Below are positions 16,186-29,188 of a stretch of 31,027 nt of DNA, one piece after another. The stretch comes from a bacterium MnTg04 (lineage in GTDB: Bacteria; Pseudomonadota; Gammaproteobacteria; Steroidobacterales; MnTg04): the NCBI GenBank assembly GCA_008975185.1, contig BFAU01000082.1, forward strand, positions 1-31,027, in the 5' to 3' direction. Positions within the stretch are counted from its first letter, which is position 1. Each line of letters starts with the position of its first letter. The notes beneath the pieces are model-generated. The model saw only the letters and a program-made list of their open reading frames with translations. It had not been told where the DNA came from and did no database searches. The position numbers were made by a program, and so were the translations under genes.

Positions 16186-17355
16186 GTGAGTATTCCGGCA
16201 ATTCTGGCTCTCGCCGACGGCACTATTTTTCTCGGCAAATCGATAGGCGCCAGCGGGCAGACCGTCGGCGAAGTCGTATTCAATACCGCGATGACCGGTT
16301 ACCAGGAGATTGTCAGCGACCCGTCCTATGCCCGCCAGATCGTTACGCTGACCTATCCGCATATCGGCAATACCGGCGTCAATGCGCTGGATATGGAAGC
16401 GGGTCGGCTCCATTGTGCCGGCCTGATAATCCGGGAACTGCCGATTCGACCGAGTAGCTGGCGGATGGAAGAGAGTTTGCCGGATTTCCTGGTCCGTCAT
16501 GGCCTGATCACGCTGGCGGGCATCGATACCCGCAAATTGACCCGCATCATTCGCAAAAACGGCGCCCAGGCCGGTTGCATCATGAGCGGTGAAATCGACG
16601 AAGCCGCGGCGCTGGCAGCGGCCCGTAAGTTCCCGGGGCTGACCGGCATGGATCTGGCCAAAGTCGTCAGTACCGAGGAGCCGTATTCGTGGAACCAAGG
16701 CACCGGTTGGCCGGCCGATGTAAACCAAGAAACCGCGACCGATCGTTTCCGGGTCGTCGCATACGACTTCGGGATCAAGCGCAACATCCTGCGTTTGTTG
16801 CATGACGCCGGGTGCGATGTGACGGTGGTCGCGGCACAAACGCCAGCCAGCGATGTCCTGGCGATGAATCCGGATGGCGTTTTTCTTTCCAACGGACCGG
16901 GTGACCCGCAGCCATGTGACTACGCGATCCGGGCGATCGGTGAAATCCTGGATGCCGGCGTCCCGACCTTCGGGATCTGCCTGGGTTATCAGTTGATGGC
17001 GCTGACCAGCGGCGCGCGCACGGTCAAGATGAAATTCGGTCACCATGGGGCGAATCATCCGGTGGTCGATATCGAATCGGGGCGAGTTTTTATCAGCAGC
17101 CAGAACCACGGTTTTGCGGTCGACGAAAAAAGCCTGCCGGGCAACCTGGTCGCCACCCATCGCTCACTTTTCGATGGTTCGCTGCAGGGTATCCGCCGTA
17201 CCGATTGCCCGGCATTCGGTTTTCAGGGTCATCCGGAAGCCAGCCCGGGACCGCGCGAGCTAAGCCCGATGTTTGCACGTTTCACGGCGCTGATGGAAAC
17301 AGGCAGAATCCAGGCGGGCGCTGAAGATGCCGGCACCATAAGAGCTGCCGGCTGA
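16186..17355 (+). CDS. carA: Carbamoyl-phosphate synthase small subunit
   Basis: [28 protein letters not shown] (catalytic Cys), [11 protein letters not shown]; GTG start at 16186 chosen. Confidence 0.98.
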   Translation: MSIPAILALADGTIFLGKSIGASGQTVGEVVFNTAMTGYQEIVSDPSYARQIVTLTYPHIGNTGVNALDMEAGRLHCAGLIIRELPIRPSSWRMEESLPDFLVRHGLITLAGIDTRKLTRIIRKNGAQAGCIMSGEIDEAAALAAARKFPGLTGMDLAKVVSTEEPYSWNQGTGWPADVNQETATDRFRVVAYDFGIKRNILRLLHDAGCDVTVVAAQTPASDVLAMNPDGVFLSNGPGDPQPCDYAIRAIGEILDAGVPTFGICLGYQLMALTSGARTVKMKFGHHGANHPVVDIESGRVFISSQNHGFAVDEKSLPGNLVATHRSLFDGSLQGIRRTDCPAFGFQGHPEASPGPRELSPMFARFTALMETGRIQAGAEDAGTIRAAG

Positions 17356-17408
17356 GCCAATGATGAACAACCCGACATGGCTGGCCTGAGGGTCGGCGAC
17401 AGATACTG

Positions 17409-20629
<3,221 letters not shown>

Positions 20630-20633
<4 letters not shown>

Positions 20634-21106
20634 GCAAAGTTCCGCTGACCGTAAAAGGCGCTGAAATGCTCCGTGCAGAGTTGAAAAAACTAAAATCCAA
20701 AGATCGACCGAGGATTATCAAGGCGATCGCGGAGGCGCGGGCCCATGGCGATCTGAAAGAGAATGCCGAATATCACGCGGCCAAGGAGCAACAAGGATTT
20801 GCCGAGGGCCGGATCAAGGACATCGATGGCAAGTTGTCGCATGCGCAAATTATCGATGTAACGGAACTCCCGGCCACCGGCCGCGTTGTTTTTGGAGCCA
20901 CGGTCGAGCTGACAGACGAAGACAGCGGCGAAAAAAATGTTTACCGAATTGTCGGCGAGGACGAGGCGGATGCCCGTGCCGGTCTGCTGTCTTTCACCTC
21001 ACCCATCGCCAGGGCGCTGATCGGCAAGGAAGTCGGCGATATCGCCGAGGTGCGCACGCCGGGCGGCGATCGTTCCTACGAAATTGCAAAGGTGCAGTAC
21101 ATCTGA
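20630..21106 (+). CDS. greA: Transcription elongation factor GreA
   Basis: [39 protein letters not shown]; ATGA overlap with carB. Confidence 0.96.
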
Positions 21107-21132
21107 TTTTCCGCGGCCGCAACAACGCAACT

Positions 21133-21573
21133 GTGAGCCCGACAGGCTTTGGCGTTGCCCGCCGGGTCGTGTTGAGCCTTTGGGCAGGCAGCCTGTGGAC
21201 AGTCGGCTACCTGGCCGCGCCCACGCTGTTTGCGGTGCTGGATGACCGCCGGCTGGCCGGTGAAATAGCCGGCCGGATGTTTTACGCGGAAACCTGGCTC
21301 AGCCTGATCTGCGCCGCCCTTATTCTGTTGCCTGAATTCATTGGCGACCTTGGCCGCGCTATTTTCAGGCTGGACAATATCCTGGTGATCGTCTGCGTGG
21401 TTCTGCTGGTGGGTGCGGAGTGGGGCGTGCGGCCGCTGATGGATGCGTCGCGTTTAGCGGATGGCGGCACGGGGCCGGATTTCGCGATGTGGCATGGCGT
21501 TGCCGCAGGGATGTATCTGTGCGCCAGTATCGTGGCCTTGGTTTTGCTATGGCGATCAAATTCAGGCAGGTAG
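21133..21573 (+). CDS. DUF4149 family membrane protein
   Basis: LWAGSLWTVGYLAAPTLF..L.DRRLAGEIAGRMF and FAMWHGV; four hydrophobic segments; usual position between greA and yhbY. Confidence 0.8.
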   Translation: MSPTGFGVARRVVLSLWAGSLWTVGYLAAPTLFAVLDDRRLAGEIAGRMFYAETWLSLICAALILLPEFIGDLGRAIFRLDNILVIVCVVLLVGAEWGVRPLMDASRLADGGTGPDFAMWHGVAAGMYLCASIVALVLLWRSNSGR

Positions 21574-21855
21574 AATAATGCCGGTCAGATCCGGGTTGGC
21601 GCGGTAAAAAACCGCGGTGTTGCCGATACGCTGAACCAGTTCCGCTTTGCGTTCCCGGCAGATTCGCTGAATGATTTCGTTTCGTGAATCGCGATCGCCG
21701 ACCCTGATCCGCGTCTTCAGCAGCTCATGGCTGGCCAGCGCCTGCTCGATTTCCGTGGCGACCGCCTCGCTCAGACCGCTGCCGCCAATCCATACAACCG
21801 GTTTGAGGCTGTGTGCACGGCCGCGAAGAAATTTTTTCTGTGCTTCATTTAACAT
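21562..21855 (-). CDS. yhbY: Ribosome assembly RNA-binding protein YhbY (CRM domain)
   Basis: MLNEAQKKFLRGRAHSLKPVVWIG..GL, HELLK, LVQRIG. The real gene is the 3' part of the tracked 21562-22371 ORF. Confidence 0.93.
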   Translation of the reverse strand: MLNEAQKKFLRGRAHSLKPVVWIGGSGLSEAVATEIEQALASHELLKTRIRVGDRDSRNEIIQRICRERKAELVQRIGNTAVFYRANPDLTGIILPA

Positions 21856-21876
21856 GTGCGGATTATAGGGGCGAGG

Positions 21877-22500
21877 ATGGCAAAACGCAGCAAAAGCAGT
21901 TTCCGCTGGATGCAGGAGCGCTTGAAGGACGAATACGTCGTGCGGGCGCAGAAAGAAGGCTGGCGATCGCGCGCGGTTTACAAACTCAGCGAAATCCATG
22001 AACGGGAGAAACTGATCCGGCCGGGTATGACGCTGATCGACCTGGGGGCGGCGCCCGGTAGCTGGAGCCAGTATGCGACCAGCCTGCTGGATGGGCGCGG
22101 GTCGATTCTGGCGCTGGACCTGCTGACCATGGATTCTCTGCCGGATGTCGAGTTTATCCAGGGCGATTTCACCGAGCCGGCTGTTCTCGATGAGTTGCTG
22201 GATAGGCTCGGCGACCGTAAAGCCGATCTTGTAATGGCGGATATGGCCCCCAATATGAGCGGTATGAGCGCTGTCGATCAGCCCCGGGTGATTTATCTCG
22301 CGGAGTTGACGCTTGAGCTGGCCCACAAGGTACTGAAACCGGGTGGTTTCATGCTGGTCAAACTGTTTCACGGCCAGGGATTCGACGAATACGTGGCCTC
22401 GGTAAAACCCTGTTTTGGCAAGGTGAAAGTCAGGAAACCCAAGGCCTCCAGACCGCGCAGCCGTGAGACTTATCTGCTGGCGGGAAACTATGGCTTGTAG
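21877..22500 (+). CDS. rlmE: 23S rRNA U2552 2'-O-methyltransferase RlmE (FtsJ/RrmJ)
   Basis: RSRAVYKL, DLGAAPGSWSQ, DMAPN, VKLF, SRETY (K-D-K-E tetrad). Confidence 0.97.
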   Translation: MAKRSKSSFRWMQERLKDEYVVRAQKEGWRSRAVYKLSEIHEREKLIRPGMTLIDLGAAPGSWSQYATSLLDGRGSILALDLLTMDSLPDVEFIQGDFTEPAVLDELLDRLGDRKADLVMADMAPNMSGMSAVDQPRVIYLAELTLELAHKVLKPGGFMLVKLFHGQGFDEYVASVKPCFGKVKVRKPKASRPRSRETYLLAGNYGL

Positions 22501-22565
22501 TAGGGTCTAATTAACGGAAAGCGGCCGAAAAGGCTGCAACGGGCCGGGTGGCCCAGGGGCTCGTT

Positions 22566-24485
22566 TTGAGCGATTTTACCAAACAGTTATTGCTTTGGGT
22601 CAGCATTGCCATGGTGCTGGTCATGGTGTTCAACAGCTTCAGCACGAACCAGCAGCAGACCGTCGAAGTCGGTTACTCGGAATTCCTCGATGATGTCGAG
22701 GCCGGCGATGTTTTCGAGGTCGTCCTCGATGCCAAGATAATCAGCGGAACCTACCGGGACGGACAGCGCCAGTTCTGGACCAGTAATCCGGAAACGGAGA
22801 CTACCGAGCTGATCGAAGTGCTGCGTAGCAACAACGTCAAGATCAAGGGAGCACCCCCCGAGCGCAAGTCCCTGTTGATGGAATTATTCCTCTCCAGTTT
22901 CCCGATCCTCCTGCTGATTGGCGTCTGGGTCTACTTCATGCGCCAGATGCAAGGCGGCGCCGGTGGCCGTGGCGCGATGTCATTTGGCAAGAGCCGCGCC
23001 CGGTTGCTCAGCGAAGACCAGGTCGGCGTCAATTTTTCGGACGTAGCCGGTATCGAGGAAGCCAAGGAGGAGGTCGGCGAAATCGTGGATTTCCTGCGCG
23101 ATCCCTCGAAATTCCAACGCCTTGGCGGGAAACTCCCCAAAGGTGTGTTGATGACCGGTGCGCCGGGCACTGGCAAGACATTACTTGCGCGAGCCATTGC
23201 CGGCGAAGCCAAGGTCCCGTTTTTTACGATTTCCGGCTCTGATTTTGTCGAAATGTTTGTCGGGGTCGGCGCTTCGCGCGTTCGCGACATGTTTGAACAG
23301 GCGAAAAAGACCGCGCCATGCATTATTTTTATCGATGAAATTGACGCCGTCGGCCGTCATCGCGGCGCGGGTCTGGGCGGCGGGCACGATGAGCGCGAGC
23401 AGACTCTGAATCAGTTGCTGGTCGAAATGGACGGGTTCGAAGGTAATGAAGGCGTCATCGTTATTGCCGCGACCAACCGTCCCGATGTGCTCGATCCGGC
23501 ATTGCTGCGGCCCGGCCGGTTTGATCGCCAGGTGGAGGTCCCGCTTCCCGATGTTCGCGGCCGCGAGCAGATCCTCAAGGTGCATATGCGCAAAGTTCCG
23601 ATAGACGATGACGTGCGTCCGAAAATCATCGCCAGGGGCACGCCGGGCTTTTCGGGGGCCGATCTGGCGAACCTGATCAATGAAGCTGCGCTCATTGCCG
23701 CGCGGGCGAATCGCCGGACAGTCGACATGGAGCAGTTCGAGAAAGCCAAGGATAAAATCATGATGGGCGCCGAGCGGCGCTCGATGGTGATGAGCGAGGA
23801 AGAGCGAAAGCTCACCGCATACCACGAGTCCGGACACGCCATCGTGGGGTTGAGCGTGCCCGATCACGATCCGGTGTACAAAGTCACGATTATCCCGCGT
23901 GGCCGGGCGCTGGGCGTGACCGTTTTCCTGCCGGAAGAAGATCGCTACAGTTTCAGCAGGCGTCGTCTTGAAAGCCAGATTTCCAGTTTGTTTGGCGGGC
24001 GCATTGCCGAGTCAATGATATTTGGCAAGGACGCGGTGACCACGGGTGCGGCTAACGACATAGAGCGGGCGACCGCCCTCGCCCGCAACATGGTTACCAA
24101 GTGGGGTTTGTCGGATGGCATGGGTCCGCTGACCTATAGCGAAGACGATGGCGAGATTTTCCTTGGACGCAGCGTCACCCAGCACAAACATGTATCCGAT
24201 GAAACCGCACATGCCATCGACCGGGAAATCCGCGTGCTGATCGATCGGAACTATGCACGCGCCGAAAAAATCCTGCAAAAGGCAACGAAAACGCTGCACA
24301 AGATGGCCGAGGCACTGATCAAGTACGAAACCATTGACGAAGATCAGATCAAGGACATCATGGCGGGGCGCAAACCGAGTCCCCCCGCGGACTGGGAAGA
24401 CAGCGATACCAAGGGTTCCGCGAAAGACAAGAAAGGCCGGAAAAAAGCCAAAGGCAAGATCGGCGGACCGGCAGAACAGCTTTAG
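22566..24485 (+). CDS. ftsH: ATP-dependent zinc metalloprotease FtsH
   Basis: Two TM helices, [29 protein letters not shown] zinc motif. TTG at 22566 ([11 protein letters not shown]) with AGGGG RBS preferred over GTG 22548. Confidence 0.98.
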   Translation: MSDFTKQLLLWVSIAMVLVMVFNSFSTNQQQTVEVGYSEFLDDVEAGDVFEVVLDAKIISGTYRDGQRQFWTSNPETETTELIEVLRSNNVKIKGAPPERKSLLMELFLSSFPILLLIGVWVYFMRQMQGGAGGRGAMSFGKSRARLLSEDQVGVNFSDVAGIEEAKEEVGEIVDFLRDPSKFQRLGGKLPKGVLMTGAPGTGKTLLARAIAGEAKVPFFTISGSDFVEMFVGVGASRVRDMFEQAKKTAPCIIFIDEIDAVGRHRGAGLGGGHDEREQTLNQLLVEMDGFEGNEGVIVIAATNRPDVLDPALLRPGRFDRQVEVPLPDVRGREQILKVHMRKVPIDDDVRPKIIARGTPGFSGADLANLINEAALIAARANRRTVDMEQFEKAKDKIMMGAERRSMVMSEEERKLTAYHESGHAIVGLSVPDHDPVYKVTIIPRGRALGVTVFLPEEDRYSFSRRRLESQISSLFGGRIAESMIFGKDAVTTGAANDIERATALARNMVTKWGLSDGMGPLTYSEDDGEIFLGRSVTQHKHVSDETAHAIDREIRVLIDRNYARAEKILQKATKTLHKMAEALIKYETIDEDQIKDIMAGRKPSPPADWEDSDTKGSAKDKKGRKKAKGKIGGPAEQL

Positions 24486-25340
24486 TTGCCAGGCCCGACA
24501 TTGATTCCGAAGCATCGGCAGTACCCGCGCCCGCTGGTTATGGGGGTGCTCAATGTAACGCCGGATTCGTTTTCGGACGGGGGTCGCTTCATCGATCCGA
24601 GCCTGGCCATGGCCAGGGTGAAGGAGATGGTCGAAGAGGGAGCCGATATCATCGATATCGGTGGGGAATCCACCCGGCCCGGCGCAGCGGCAGTTCCTGT
24701 GGCTGAAGAAATGGAGCGGGTGATACCGTTGCTGCGCGAAATCCATGACACGCTCGCGGTCATGGTTTCTGTCGATACCAGCAAGCCGGAAGTCATGCAG
24801 GCGGCTGTCTCGGCGGGCGCAGGCATGATCAACGACGTGCGCGCATTGCGGGCGCCGGGGGCTATAGAAGCAGTTGCCGATTCATCGGCACAGGTCTGCC
24901 TGATGCACATGCAAGGTGAGCCCAGGACCATGCAGGACAATCCGCGCTACGCGAATGTCATCGCCGAAGTCGGCGATTTTCTGTTCGCGCGCGCTGAAGC
25001 GTGCCTGGCGGCGGGAATCGGCCGGGACCGGATTTTTCTCGATCCGGGCTTTGGTTTCGGAAAAACCCTGGCCCATAACCTTGAGTTGATGGCGGGTCTC
25101 GATAAACTGCTGGAACTGGGTTTTCCGCTGTTGGTCGGAGTCTCGAGAAAATCGATGTTTGGCGCCTTGCTTGAGCGCGAGGTGGACGAGAGACTGGCCG
25201 GTAGCGTCGCCATGGCAGCCATCGCTGCCTGGTCCGGCGTCAGCATTGTTCGGGCGCACGATATTGCGGAGACCAAAGACGCGGTGCGGGTAGCCGCGGC
25301 CGTGCGCGGCGCGCGCCAGGCTACGAGGAACGAGACATGA
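24486..25340 (+). CDS. folP: Dihydropteroate synthase
   Basis: MGVLNVTPDSFSDGG, DIGGESTRPG, SVDT, INDV, DPGFGFGK, GVSRKS; exact start uncertain. Confidence 0.95.
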   Translation: MPGPTLIPKHRQYPRPLVMGVLNVTPDSFSDGGRFIDPSLAMARVKEMVEEGADIIDIGGESTRPGAAAVPVAEEMERVIPLLREIHDTLAVMVSVDTSKPEVMQAAVSAGAGMINDVRALRAPGAIEAVADSSAQVCLMHMQGEPRTMQDNPRYANVIAEVGDFLFARAEACLAAGIGRDRIFLDPGFGFGKTLAHNLELMAGLDKLLELGFPLLVGVSRKSMFGALLEREVDERLAGSVAMAAIAAWSGVSIVRAHDIAETKDAVRVAAAVRGARQATRNET

Positions 25341-26668
25341 AATATTTTGGTACCGATGGGTTGCGGGGCAGGGTCGGTGAGCCGCCGATGACCGTGGATT
25401 TTGCGCTCCGTCTGGCCAGCGCAGTCGCCCGTGTTCTGGTTCCGAATGGCGGCACCGTCGTCATCGGCAAGGACACCCGTGTTTCCGGCTACATGTTCGA
25501 ATCGGCGCTGGAAGCCGGTTTTGTGGCCGCGGGAGTCGACGTCAAACTGCTCGGGCCATTGCCGACACCGGCAATCGCGGTGTTGACCCGGAAATTCGAA
25601 GCCGACCTTGGCGTGGTTATCAGCGCTTCGCACAACCCTTATTTCGATAATGGCATCAAGTTTTTCAATGGCGAAGGCCAGAAGCTATCGGATGAACTCG
25701 AAGTCGCCATCGAAGCCGAACTCGACAAGGCGGTGACCACCAGGGAATCGGCCCTGCTTGGCAAGGCGGAACAAGTGGTGACTGCGCGCCTGCAGTACGA
25801 GGAGTTTTGTTTGTCAACGGTCGAGCCAGGCCTCGATTTAGCGGGATTGAAGATTGTCCTCGATTCCGCACACGGCGCCGCGTACAAGGTCGCGCCGAGA
25901 GTATTGTCCCGGTTGGGCGCGGAAGTCGTACCGATCGGCAGTTCGCCCAATGGTCGCAATATCAACGACCAGTGTGGTTCGACCCATCCCGATCTCCTGC
26001 GCAAGGTGGTAATGGCCGTCGACGCGGATCTGGGCATCGCGCTGGATGGCGACGGCGACCGGGTCGTCATGGTCGATCATAACGGCGTACTGGCGGACGG
26101 CGATCAGCTGATTTATATCATTGCGCGCGATCGAAAAAGCAGGGGTGAGTTGCGCGGGCCGGTCGTAGGCACCGTGATGAGTAACCTGGGTCTGGAAAAT
26201 ACCCTGCACAGCCAGGGGATCGAATTTCTGCGCGCCGCCGTCGGCGACCGAAAAGTACTGGCCATGCTCCACGAGCACGATGGGATACTCGGCGGTGAAA
26301 CCTCCGGCCATATCATCTGCCTGGACAAAGTCACGACCGGTGACGGCCTGGTCGCAGCGCTGCAAATCCTGGAAATCATAAAACGCAACGCCGGCAACCT
26401 GGCGGAGCTGGCCGCGGAAATGCCCAGGTACCCGCAAACGATGATCAATGTTCGGGTTGCCGGTAAGCCGAATCTGGACGATCTGCCGGCGATCAGGAAA
26501 GCCGTTGCCGGTGTCGAGGCGACGCTGGGGAGCGCCGGCCGCGTTGTCCTGCGGTCATCCGGTACGGAGCCCGTTATCCGGGTCATGGTGGAAGGCGAGG
26601 ACGAGGCGCTGGTCAAGAACCTGGCCAGCGAGCTTGCCGAGTCAGTTGAGCAAGCTTGCTCCACCTGA
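25337..26668 (+). CDS. glmM: Phosphoglucosamine mutase
   Basis: YFGTDG.RG, SASHNP phosphoserine motif, DGDGDR, GGETSGH, RSSGTEP; ATGA overlap with folP. Confidence 0.97.
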   Translation: MKYFGTDGLRGRVGEPPMTVDFALRLASAVARVLVPNGGTVVIGKDTRVSGYMFESALEAGFVAAGVDVKLLGPLPTPAIAVLTRKFEADLGVVISASHNPYFDNGIKFFNGEGQKLSDELEVAIEAELDKAVTTRESALLGKAEQVVTARLQYEEFCLSTVEPGLDLAGLKIVLDSAHGAAYKVAPRVLSRLGAEVVPIGSSPNGRNINDQCGSTHPDLLRKVVMAVDADLGIALDGDGDRVVMVDHNGVLADGDQLIYIIARDRKSRGELRGPVVGTVMSNLGLENTLHSQGIEFLRAAVGDRKVLAMLHEHDGILGGETSGHIICLDKVTTGDGLVAALQILEIIKRNAGNLAELAAEMPRYPQTMINVRVAGKPNLDDLPAIRKAVAGVEATLGSAGRVVLRSSGTEPVIRVMVEGEDEALVKNLASELAESVEQACST

Positions 26669-26669
26669 C

Positions 26670-26850
26670 TGTCAGCCTGGGAGTCTGCGCGGCAGAAAGT
26701 ATTCCTACTGCGAAAGCGCCACAGCGGTCCATTTTTCCGATCTTTTTCGTTGCGTAGCCCCGCTATGCGCCTCAAAAGATCGAAAAACTGTCCTCGCTGT
26801 GCCACTTTCTCGCTACGGATATTTCTACCGCGCAGACTCCCAGGCTGACA
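26670..26850. repeat. 181-nt fold-back element with 23-bp perfect terminal inverted repeats (MITE/REPIN-like)
   Basis: TGTCAGCCTGGGAGTCTGCGCGG (26670-26692) is the exact reverse complement of 26828-26850, with further nested pairings to the centre. Confidence 0.85.
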
Positions 26851-26851
26851 T

Positions 26852-26880
26852 TTGCTATCGAGCGGTCTCGCGTTTAAGAT
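26852..26880 (+). promoter_or_regulatory. Putative sigma70 promoter of tpiA-secG-tRNA-Leu
   Basis: TTGCTA (26852-26857), 17 nt, TAAGAT (26875-26880). Confidence 0.6.
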
Positions 26881-26926
26881 TGCGCGCGATTTTTAGGTCT
26901 ACGGGCACCGTTCACGGATTAAAAAT

Positions 26927-27679
26927 ATGAGAAAAGCATTTGTTGCCGGGAACTGGAAAATGCACGGTTCACGCCATGAAAATCAACAACTTATCGCCGA
27001 TCTGATCGATAAGCTGCCGGCCCAGCTCACCTGCGAAGTCCTCGTTTGCACGCCGTTCGTGTATTTGCAGGAAATCGAGCGCCAAATCCGGGACAGCGGC
27101 ATTCTATTGGGCGGACAAAGCGTTTGCGCCGACGCGGCAGGTCCGTTTACCGGTGAAATTTCCGCCGAGATGCTGGCGGACGTGGGCTGCAGTCACGTCA
27201 TTGTCGGTCATTCGGAGAGGCGCGCGCTGTACCATGAAGACGATGCGCTGGTCGCCAGGAAATTCGTTGCGGCTCAGCAGGGCAACCTCGTTCCGATACT
27301 CTGTGTCGGCGAGTTTCTGGCTGAAAGAGAGGCCGGGCAGACCTTTACCGTCGTCGGCCGGCAACTCGATGCGGTCCTGGATGTGGCAGGGATAGAAGCG
27401 TTTGGAAATGCGATTGTCGCATATGAACCGGTTTGGGCCATCGGCACCGGTTTGACCGCGACACCAGGGCAGGCGCAGGAAGTTCACGGGTTTATCCGTG
27501 AGCGGCTGGTCGCTCAGGATGCTACAATTGGCGGTTCCGTACGCCTGCTTTACGGGGGCAGCGTCAAGGCCGCCAATGCGGCGGAACTGTTTGCCGAGGA
27601 GGACGTGGACGGCGGTCTCGTCGGTGGCGCATCGTTGAAGAGTGACGAGTTCGCGAAGATTTGTGTCGCGGCCGGTTGA
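26927..27679 (+). CDS. tpiA: Triosephosphate isomerase
   Basis: AGNWKM, GPFTGE, GHSERR, AYEPVWAIGTG, YGGSV, LVGGASL. Confidence 0.98.
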   Translation: MRKAFVAGNWKMHGSRHENQQLIADLIDKLPAQLTCEVLVCTPFVYLQEIERQIRDSGILLGGQSVCADAAGPFTGEISAEMLADVGCSHVIVGHSERRALYHEDDALVARKFVAAQQGNLVPILCVGEFLAEREAGQTFTVVGRQLDAVLDVAGIEAFGNAIVAYEPVWAIGTGLTATPGQAQEVHGFIRERLVAQDATIGGSVRLLYGGSVKAANAAELFAEEDVDGGLVGGASLKSDEFAKICVAAG

Positions 27680-27700
27680 ATTCGAAATTAGAGAGACATC

Positions 27701-28105
27701 ATGCTACAGAATGGAATACTGATACTTCATGTTTTCGTTGCGGCCAGCCTCATCAGCCTGGTTTTGCTGCAAAGAGGAAAAGGGGCGGAAGCCGGCGCAG
27801 CGTTCGGAGCCGGGGCGTCCGGGACCGTGTTTGGCGCGCAGGGCTCGGCCAATTTCCTGTCGCACACGACAGCGGTGTTGGCGGCAGTGTTTTTTATGAC
27901 CAGCCTGACACTTGCCTATTTCAGCAGTCAGACGACTGAGCCGCTCAGTATCCTCGAGCAGGAGATATCGTCCGAGCGAGCACTGTCTGATGAGCCGGTG
28001 GAAATGTTTCCGGTGGAGCAGCCCGGCGACAGCCTGCCTGCGCTGCCGGAGATGGAAGATGGCGAAGCAGCGCCGGTGCCTCCCGACCCCGAGGACGCCG
28101 GTTAA
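27701..28105 (+). CDS. secG: Preprotein translocase subunit SecG
   Basis: VLLQRGKGAEAGAAFGAGASGTVFGAQGSANFLSHTTA; acidic proline-rich tail. Confidence 0.95.
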   Translation: MLQNGILILHVFVAASLISLVLLQRGKGAEAGAAFGAGASGTVFGAQGSANFLSHTTAVLAAVFFMTSLTLAYFSSQTTEPLSILEQEISSERALSDEPVEMFPVEQPGDSLPALPEMEDGEAAPVPPDPEDAG

Positions 28106-28119
28106 GAGACTACCCTGCT

Positions 28120-28204
28120 GCCGATGTGGTGGAACTGGTAGACACGCTGTCTTGAGGGGGCAGTGGCGAAAGCCGTGCCGGTTCGAGTCCGGCCATCGGC
28201 ACCA
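28120..28204 (+). tRNA. tRNA-Leu (anticodon GAG)
   Basis: GCCGATG/CATCGGC acceptor stem plus ACCA; D-loop TGGTAGAC; anticodon stem CTGTC/GGCAG with TT-GAG-GG loop (GAG at 28154-28156); long variable arm; GGTTCGAGTCC; usual position after secG. Confidence 0.97.
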
Positions 28205-28227
28205 AGCAGGGACTTACCGAAATATCA

Positions 28228-28255
28228 TTGCCTGAACGCTGTGGCCTGTTAAAAT
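28228..28255 (+). promoter_or_regulatory. Putative sigma70 promoter of the nuo operon
   Basis: TTGCCT (28228-28233), 16 nt, TG-n-TAAAAT extended -10 (hexamer 28250-28255). Confidence 0.55.
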
Positions 28256-28320
28256 CTGGTAGCCGGGAAAGCCTTTGGCTTGAACGGCAGACTAGGACAC
28301 CAAATTGAGGAAATCCTTGC

Positions 28321-28677
28321 ATGCTGGCGAATTATCTTCCGGTTCTGATTTTTCTGGCGATAGCTGGCGGTCTGGGAGTATTGCTGCTGTTGCTGGGGTT
28401 TCTCCTCGGGCCGCACCGGCCGGATTCTGAAAAGCTGTCCCCGTACGAATGCGGTTTCGAAGCATTCGAAGATTCACGCATGAAATTCGATGTTCGCTAT
28501 TACCTGGTTGCCATTCTTTTTATTATTTTCGACCTTGAAATAGCTTTCTTTTTCCCTTGGGCGGTAAGCCTGGATAAGGTCGGCTTGTTTGGACTCGCTT
28601 CGATGGGCGTGTTCTTGTTTCTCCTGACCATCGGTTTCATCTACGAGTGGAAAAAAGGTGCGCTGGAATGGGATTAG
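28321..28677 (+). CDS. nuoA: NADH-quinone oxidoreductase subunit A
   Basis: [40 protein letters not shown]. Confidence 0.97.
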   Translation: MLANYLPVLIFLAIAGGLGVLLLLLGFLLGPHRPDSEKLSPYECGFEAFEDSRMKFDVRYYLVAILFIIFDLEIAFFFPWAVSLDKVGLFGLASMGVFLFLLTIGFIYEWKKGALEWD

Positions 28678-29174
28678 AATCTGGCGCCCTTGCCACAGGC
28701 CTGGAGCAAGACCTGCAAAACCACGGTTGGGTTACCACCAGCCTAGACGCGGTCGTGAACTGGGCACGTACCGGTTCGCTGTGGCCGGTCACTTTCGGCC
28801 TGGCGTGCTGCGCGATTGAAATGATGCATGCCGGGGCCGCACGATACGATCTGGACCGTTTTGGCGTCATATTTCGCGGCAGCCCCCGTCAGGCCGATCT
28901 GATGATTGTTGCCGGTACCCTGGTCAACAAGATGGCGCCGGCCCTGCGCAAGGTTTACGACCAGATGGCTGAGCCGCGCTGGGTGATTTCCATGGGCTCG
29001 TGCGCGAATGGCGGTGGTTATTATCATTATTCCTATTCGGTCGTCAGGGGTTGCGATCGAATCATTCCCGTTGATGTTTATGTGCCGGGCTGCCCGCCGA
29101 CGGCCGAGGCGCTGATTTATGGAATTCTGCAACTTCAGAACAAAATCAGACGTACGAATACTATTGCCCGGTAA
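28668..29174 (+). CDS. nuoB: NADH-quinone oxidoreductase subunit B
   Basis: [34 protein letters not shown] (N2 cluster ligands); ATG 28668. Confidence 0.97.
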   Translation: MGLESGALATGLEQDLQNHGWVTTSLDAVVNWARTGSLWPVTFGLACCAIEMMHAGAARYDLDRFGVIFRGSPRQADLMIVAGTLVNKMAPALRKVYDQMAEPRWVISMGSCANGGGYYHYSYSVVRGCDRIIPVDVYVPGCPPTAEALIYGILQLQNKIRRTNTIAR

Positions 29175-29188
29175 GGCCAGCAACAAGA

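Noticed and set aside
21856-22371. N-terminal extension of yhbY to 269 aa
   Set aside because: The extension is antisense to rlmE; the YhbY domain begins at the ATG at 21855.
26448-26930. 160-aa ORF crossing the fold-back element (also 230-aa minus ORF 26113-26805)
   Set aside because: Out-of-frame overlap with glmM and no transposase or other motif; the element appears non-coding.
28205-28320. Island inserted at tRNA-Leu
   Set aside because: Only 116 nt with a promoter candidate before nuoA; no integrase or tRNA 3' duplication.
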